DNA of 59,152 bases, the filler included, from Dimargaris cristalligena (lineage: Eukaryota), in NCBI GenBank assembly GCA_003614675.1. It is 3 parts of 3 records of this genome, joined end to end, with 100 filler letters (N's around TTAATTAATTAA, not from the genome) between each part and the next. Parts side by side here need not be neighbours in the genome. Positions count along the whole stretch, not along the records: positions 39,515 to 59,152 come from ML002722.1; 2 more parts are not named here. The stretch is one strand, 5' to 3'. The translations under genes and the position numbers were made by a program. The notes under the pieces are model-generated. The model worked only from the letters and a program-made list of their open reading frames with translations. It made no database searches and had not been told where the DNA came from. Each line of letters starts with the position of its first letter. Position 1 is the stretch's first letter. This document shows, piece after piece, positions 52,701-59,152 of the stretch.

Positions 52701-54027
52701 TGAACCCTTCTTTTTCGTTGATTTTTCTTTCTCATTAATCTGGATTGGGGGTTTATAGTGAACCCCGTGGCTGTATATCATTGACTCTATATATTATCTT
52801 CTTGCTATTATTGACCAATACGGCACAATAGCCGCGCCACCTAATAAGATAGGCAAGCAATTATCATATTTCGTGGTTCTCTTTTGCACCAGTTGGATTG
52901 CTAAACTAACTGGGCGCCAATGGGCTTGTAAAAACATGATGGTGATAAGTATGGCTTGATAACCCCACAGAGGATATTTTTAAGTGTGGCTAAATTATAG
53001 ATTAGCAAAATATATGTTGCCGTCGATATCTCCTCTAGTTTTGTGCCAGAGTTCATATGGTGGGGTTTTTGCTTAATTCAGCACTGAACGGTATCTTAGC
53101 AGGTATTTTTGATTGAACAAAAGAAGGGGAAGTCATACATGGGTATCTAACCGTAGAGTACTAACGGAAAGTGGGTCTATACATAATTTTTATCGGGGGC
53201 TTATATATAAGCTAAAGTATAACCGGCCGTAGTCCAGAGAAATATTTGAAAGCAGGGGGGATGCACAAGAATTGCCCAAAGGCAGTATCGGCGGCGCCGA
53301 AATATATCTAGAAAACTCTGATGAAAAACCAGAATGGTCATTGATTCAATTGTGAAGCATCAACAGGGTAAGCCTTCATGTATCGACCGGCGGTTGAAAC
53401 ATATACCATACCACTGGGTCTTTCCTTGAGCGGGAAACTATAGTATAATGACTACTGATTCGGATAAGAATGAGACCAAGGCACCTTGTCATAAAACTAA
53501 TAGCTATCCAGCGTGACATTCTCCGCCATCACTAGGTTTGCCGCAGGATGTAGCCTCTTAACTGCTGAGCAACTGCTCTCCAAATAGGGACTAATAAAGG
53601 ATGGGCATGTTTAAGATATAAATGTAAATCTTTGATGTAAGATGCTTCCCCGAACAGTATTATCTAAAATTTATAATAGCAATGCACTTTTTAAAATCAT
53701 GCAATTTGAGTACATATGTGTAGCAATAATTTAGTTAACCATATATATGGGTGAAATCCGGCCCGGCTATAGACGAATTTACATGATATTGGTATGGGAA
53801 TATAGTCGGGTAGTTCATATTAAATCGGTATTACTGGGCCCATCAGACAGATTTTTCGCTATATAGTCCAGTTTAACCTCTCCCATATTATAAATAATCC
53901 TACTTTACTGGATTTGGTTTATATTAATTGTTTATTAACAGGCAATATAGAGTTCTCCGGGAATTACATCCTACTCAATATAAGTCGATAAATGGGGGAA
54001 AGCCAGCTAATGTCCATTCCAAGTGAA

Positions 54028-54303
54028 TTATTTCTCGTCCTTGGTCTTTGAACTCTTGTTCTCATTTTCAAGTGATTTGATTTCAGAGATCAGTTTGCCC
54101 TTTTCTTCGGTAAGCTCCTTCAGTTTATCCTTCCTATCCTGGAGGATACTTTCAGGTGACTTCATAAAGTCAAAAAAACCTCGGCGCTGGAGATCCACAG
54201 GACGTTCAGTTGACTGGTTTCCGGGCGAGGGCCGAGCTGCGGTGAGGGTAATAGCAAGGATGCCAACAGTGGCCAGGACAACGGCAGCTGAAGTGAAACG
54301 CAT
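54028..54303 (-). CDS. Small secreted prepro-protein (91 aa): signal peptide, pro-region ending LQRR, charged helical mature part
   Basis: tccaccATG start, MRFTSAAVVLATVGILAITLTAA|RP, LQRR|GFFDFMKS... and TTTATATAAA about 245 nt upstream. Confidence 0.75.
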   Translation of the reverse strand: MRFTSAAVVLATVGILAITLTAARPSPGNQSTERPVDLQRRGFFDFMKSPESILQDRKDKLKELTEEKGKLISEIKSLENENKSSKTKDEK

Positions 54304-56439
54304 GGTGGAAGCGGAGGGCAAAGTAACAAAAAATAGAAAAGGGGTCGGATAATCGATTAGAATCGCGGAAATTAAGAGTGTGGCTAAAATGTACTGCAGA
54401 ATAGCCCGGCAAATGTGGCAGGGAATCGGAAATAATGGTTTGGGAAGATTGGCAGTAAGAAGTATACCAGATAGTAAAGATTGCTTAGAAGAAGGGGTGA
54501 TATATTAGATTGATTTAACGATGGGAAAGGTGAGATATTCCCGTATTTATATAAATCAGTTTAGGTCTTGTGACCAGCTCAATCGATATAGCCAATTGAA
54601 CTAACCACCCAAAAATTGGGGTCGGTCATGAGGTCCAGTAGTAGCGGAAAAGGCGGAATTGGGAGAAGGAGGGATAATCGCCTGTAATCGGGCTCCAAGG
54701 ACCTCGGTCCAAATGGATGGGCTGGTACCCCTAATAATAGATTTTGTTATGCTCAACCAGTTCATTCATTATAGAGCATCTGCGCGGGTGCACTTGAATT
54801 GATAATAAAAATTATTGCAATTTACTACTATAAGTGCAGTCCCTAGTGAGAGACGGAATATGACAGTGGCTTATTCATAAAAGAGCAGGGGATACCTAAT
54901 TAAAGACGCCTTGGATGATCATTCTTTTGGGGAGCCCCTTCCGGTGACCCGAATCGGGGAAGGGCACCCTGTTGTCTGGGGCCTGGCCGCCCCCTATCGA
55001 CTACTATAGGGGAATAGGTCCCACAAGATAGGCTAGGCAATAGAGCTTTGGTAGTGAAAAATGTTCTTATAGATGCCATTTTAGCAAAGAATTATTAAAT
55101 GTAGAGTACTGCTCTTCTATTCTATATGGTAAAATCAGTATGCTCAGTATACCAAGGGCTTCGGTGGTAAAAACTGATACTTTCTTTAAACTGCAGATAT
55201 AACACTACATTTATGCATTGAGGTGGAAAAAATTGTGGCAATTCATCGAATCACCATTATCTCAAAGGGCTGCATAGCGGTTAACTTGAGTATTCCACCT
55301 ATGTTGTCGGGAGATTGGAGCCGTGATGACTGAGATAAAGCACTCACTCCGTTGTTGGACAACCAGGACTCGGACCAAAGGCATTCGGCCTCATTGGCGA
55401 GCGACCCCGATGAGCCATAAAATCACCATATACGCATCCCACCCTAAGATTCGTAACTTATGCACCTATACAGCTAACCTCTTCTCCCGTCTCGCCATCC
55501 GAGACCCACTCCTTACCCTCCCTTCAAAAAGCTCCAAACTTGGTCTACATTGGCTTTAGGCAGGATAGGTCAATTCCTACTGGTGTAATTCACCCCTGAC
55601 TCCATTTCAGCAATCCGGGGAGGGTTGGTGTAAAATAGTGGATTGGAAAGTAGCCAAGCGAACTCTCCCTTCGTTTACTCGTAATAATTAACCCTATGGT
55701 ACGAAGTCGAGCCACTCGGGAATTACCTGAGCGTAGTGTATTGAGAATGCCAGACCAACGAACAACGCCGTTGAGCTCAGATCCCTCCTAATCCTTTTCC
55801 CGTAAACCTCATTGGCCTTCTCCTTCCAAATAAGAAAGGCTGAAATCAGAGAAGTGAGCGGGGGAGGAGTGGAGTTAAAATAGATTGAACCAGAGATTCA
55901 CCACCCATAACTGAATGGGCAGGGTCGCCGTGAGCCCCCCCCCCCTTTTGGTCGAGAACAGACCATTTAGGTTTTCCTCCTCTTGGCAAAGGAAACATAT
56001 GGGTTATTCCATTAGGAGTCGACTGTTCGGTGCACCCCTAACCTCACTTGCCAAACCCCATCCCCTTCGAACGCAATAGACAGTCTACATGTTTTTGACT
56101 ATAGACTACGCCACCTAACCAGTCCTACTTGGTGGTTACTATGAGCCCTTCCAACTAAGATCAACATCGGACTTTGTGGTAGCCTCACCGTCCAGGATAG
56201 CCTATGGTTTTTTGGTTTGGAATATAAAAAGCTAGCAACTTACTGCAGTAAATGGTTTTTAGAACGAATAATGTAAGGGGCTGGAGATTGGTTCTGTATT
56301 CTGGCCTTGTTTAAAGTAGATGCATTGATGCTGTTGTAGATGGTGCCTTAGAATAACCCATGCGAACCCAATGCTGGGTTATATTTACGATATTTAATTT
56401 GGCTAGTCAGTGTCGCCCTCTAACAATATTTGGCAAATC

Positions 56440-56760
56440 ATATGGACGATACATTATATAATAGATACGCAAGACCTACAACTCTATTGACATGTGCTCC
56501 TACAATAATTCCCTATATTATAGTATTGTGAAGTATGTGTACGATAAGGGGATGTGGTTGGCTGGAACTATTGGCCATCTGTCTCAACTAATGCATGGTC
56601 TACCAAGTGTCCTAGATAATATAGTGCAGGGATTACTGGCTACATTACCTCACCGACTGGTAAAGATGATTCACAGTCAGTGTACTACAACTCATCGTAA
56701 ACTGAACAAGTTCTCTATGATACTGTAGTAGTGTCCAAAGTGAAAAAGAAAATGTATGCA
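56440..56760 (+). mobile_element. Possible degenerate Ty3/gypsy integrase fragment
   Basis: Frameshifted GMW / CMVYQVS / QGLLATLP fragments in the order of the WPGM...CxxCQ...GLLxPLP integrase segment. CpG-poor. Confidence 0.3.
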
Positions 56761-57026
56761 ATTCCTTGGACCTATAGTGAGAGGGGGTTGGTGGGTTAAC
56801 AGGCTCTCTTGAGAAGGGGATAGCACCAGGTTGAGCTAGAATGATGCATACACTGAGTGGGTAAAATGGTTAACTATGAAAGGGCTGGATAGGGGAGGAG
56901 ATAAGCCATGGGCTTGAAAAAGAGAAAAGTGCAGTAGAAGTAAGTGACTTATATTATAGACAATATAGAGGCAATGGTGATGAGGGGGGGCTGTACTGGT
57001 GAACAAAGAAAGTCTAATAGTACATC

Positions 57027-57609
57027 TGTTGGACCTTCTAATCCACCCTAATCTGGCTGGTTTAGTATCCAACTATATTAGGCCTTATAATGCCATATTA
57101 GCCTGCCCATGGTTACCCCCAGTACCATGGGATCATCCTATATCATATAAACCTTCCCTTTCTGGACTCCACCTCTTTGCACTAATAACTCAAGTACTGA
57201 TCCAAAGACTCTTCTAGTTACCATTAGAATCTTCCAGATACTAATAGCCATCTGGTTTGCCTATATACCTATACCTTATTCATAGTAGTATTCTCCCCTT
57301 GGGACCTCCCTCTGGAGTTATCCCTGCATATAGATAACTGGGCCCCATTAGGACCGGATCAATCCTTTAGCTTATTCTTACCCCCTGGTTTACCCCAATA
57401 AACTCTATATATACTCACCTCCCTCATACTGACTAGTAAGTGTGCCTACTGCACATCCCTTGCATATATCTACTGCTAAGCCTTTATTAGTTAGTACTAT
57501 ACCCATACCTGGTACTAGTAGCCCATTTAGCTGAGCCTAAGCCCTGCCTACCATTAGAAGCCTATTCTTGGGGCTCTTGATGGACTAAGAGTGGTGAACC
57601 CAGGTGACA
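57027..57609 (+). mobile_element. LTR-like repeat (583 bp, TG...CA), CpG-decayed
   Basis: Starts TGTTGG and ends GTGACA, with internal CATATAAA (~57144) and AATAAA (~57396). Homologous to 51216-51794 and 58977-end. Confidence 0.7.
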
Positions 57610-58251
57610 TGAACTTAGTCAAAAAGAAAAGAAGGAAGGTCTAAAACCTCTAATGTTTAACAATAATATTAACCTCTATGAGTTATAATAAATTCGAGAG
57701 TACATGTTAAATTTGGTCTATATTTGTATTTAAGTCCATCAATATCCTCCAAATGTGCTTTCCATATGTTCCTTACTAAAAAACCCGTTGATGGGATTTC
57801 ATATTGAACACATGTACTAAGTATATGGTACGATGTTAGCTCTGAATCTCAGGTTGTATAACGATATTACCATGCCAAACTACGCAGCCCCACTCCTCCA
57901 AGACGTTATACAATTCGTCGACGTCGTCAACTCACATTAATCAGCTAGCTACCCATTCCCGGTGTTGGCGTATTCATCATTTCATTTACATCAAACCCCG
58001 CAGTTCAGGGGCAGCCTCCCTTAGATAATGCGGCCCTGCACAGACCAAAGCTCCTTGAGCTACCATGGCTTATATCGGATCCTATTTTATTAAAAATAAA
58101 AATTCGGTACCAACAAGTGGTAGTTGTCTCATTCAAAATATGGGAAGGGTGTGGAGAGAAAAAATATTGGATAAACTACAATTTGTTGAATGAGCGTAAG
58201 CACATCCATGATATGTAAAAAACCGGAAGTCGGTAGATAGCGTTAATGATC

Positions 58252-58506
58252 TTAGTCACCGGAGTCCTTTTTGTCGTTCTTGCCGGTAACTTTGTTGTAT
58301 GCCTTCATCGCTAAATAGCCAATGGCGCCACCAACTGCGAAACTGCCGAGTCTGTGTCTCATCAAACGCGGCTTCGTCGCAGTAACTTGAGTATTGCTTT
58401 CGTAGGGGTTACCATGCCCGGTAGAGGTTTCCGCAAGTATGGGCGAGGTAGCATAGGTGAGGGCGACAAGGAGAATTAAGGTACTAGCGGTAAAAGTGAA
58501 ATGCAT
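58252..58506 (-). CDS. Small secreted prepro-peptide (84 aa) with Gly-rich amphipathic C-terminal peptide
   Basis: Signal MHFTFTASTLILLVALTYATSPILA, basic RLMRHR then LGSFAVGGAIGYLAMKAYNKVTGK, and TTTATATAAA about 165 nt upstream. Confidence 0.7.
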   Translation of the reverse strand: MHFTFTASTLILLVALTYATSPILAETSTGHGNPYESNTQVTATKPRLMRHRLGSFAVGGAIGYLAMKAYNKVTGKNDKKDSGD

Positions 58507-58976
58507 ATTGAAAGGCTGGATGGGTATAGACAAACGGGAAACAAATGTGAACCTAGTTGGCCAAGTCAGGATGAAATTGAATGTAGGAATAGGAATGGGT
58601 TGGGATAATTAAGGTGCAGTGTGAAATGGTAATGCTTATGATATTGTAAGTGAGGCCAGGGCCTCGGGTTTATATAAAAATACCCAACTAGGCGATAGGA
58701 TGGGGTGAGTAGGAGTGGGATAGAGAGCACTGCGTCAAAGAACAGGAAATATATTTCAAATGGCGTAAATATTAGTATCTCCTCCTTTTTTCGGGCGGGG
58801 AGGGGGTGAATCCAGCCACCATCATCTTGGTGCCCCTATCTGCTATTAACCCACATGTGTGCTTTTTGCTAGGCCATTTTAGTCCTGTTCCCCCCTCCCC
58901 TACACTGCCATTTTTACGCTGTATACCCCCTTTTCGCGCCTCGCCTCTTATCCTTGGTGGCGATCCTGGCCGGTAC

Positions 58977-59152
58977 TGTCACCCCTCCTAATCCGTCCTA
59001 ATCCAACCAACATGACCGCCGTCATATCAGGCCGTATAGCGCCATATTGTACCCCCCGGCCCTAACCAGGCCGAACATCATTGATATCCCCTTAACCGGC
59101 CAGGCCTCCCGGAGTTCGCACTAATCACTCGCAGGTGATCTTAGTGCCTTCC
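58977..59152 (+). mobile_element. 5' part of a third, CpG-retaining copy of the LTR-like repeat (truncated by window end)
   Basis: Starts TGTCAC, a perfect inverted match to the family end GTGACA. cctaatccgtcctaatcc...atcaggccgtatagcgccatatt aligns with 57027-57100. Confidence 0.6.

Noticed and set aside
57300-57609. Apparent gypsy integrase/chromodomain words (LGP, INPLAY, EP) inside the repeat
   Set aside because: Shared boundaries among copies, TG...CA termini and internal TATA/AATAAA fit an LTR better. The peptide matches are short and frameshifted.
1-59152. CRISPR arrays, operons, prokaryotic defence systems, tRNA and snRNA genes
   Set aside because: Sequence is eukaryotic. No regularly spaced repeats, cloverleafs or snRNA signatures were found by eye.

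Overview
Eukaryotic, intron-containing fungal DNA (GT-AG introns, GH72 Gas protein). The animal-like Top3-alpha tail and a ZCCHC8 homolog suggest an early-diverging fungus, which is inference only. The window is three pieces (1-19672, 19773-39414, 39515-59152) joined by identical 100-nt N44-TTAATTAATTAA-N44 spacers. Their lengths descend (19672, 19642, 19638), so they are probably unrelated size-sorted contigs and linkage across the gaps should not be assumed. Piece 1 holds a 144-bp MITE-like repeat, an EFM2-like lysine methyltransferase, a 659-aa protein with an internally duplicated helical domain, two tandem orphan paralogs and a truncated 5S rRNA. Piece 2 holds a truncated secreted protein, a ZCCHC8-like gene with an inserted degenerate La motif, ETR1/MECR and a GH72 glucanosyltransferase. 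Piece 3 holds an 8-exon TOP3 and a Ppn2/ApaH-like metallophosphoesterase, then a gene-poor, repeat-rich ~12 kb with three LTR-like repeats showing CpG decay and three small secreted prepro-peptide-like genes. The strongest novelty candidates are the La-motif/ZCCHC8 fusion and the small secreted peptide island. All calls were made by eye without database searches.
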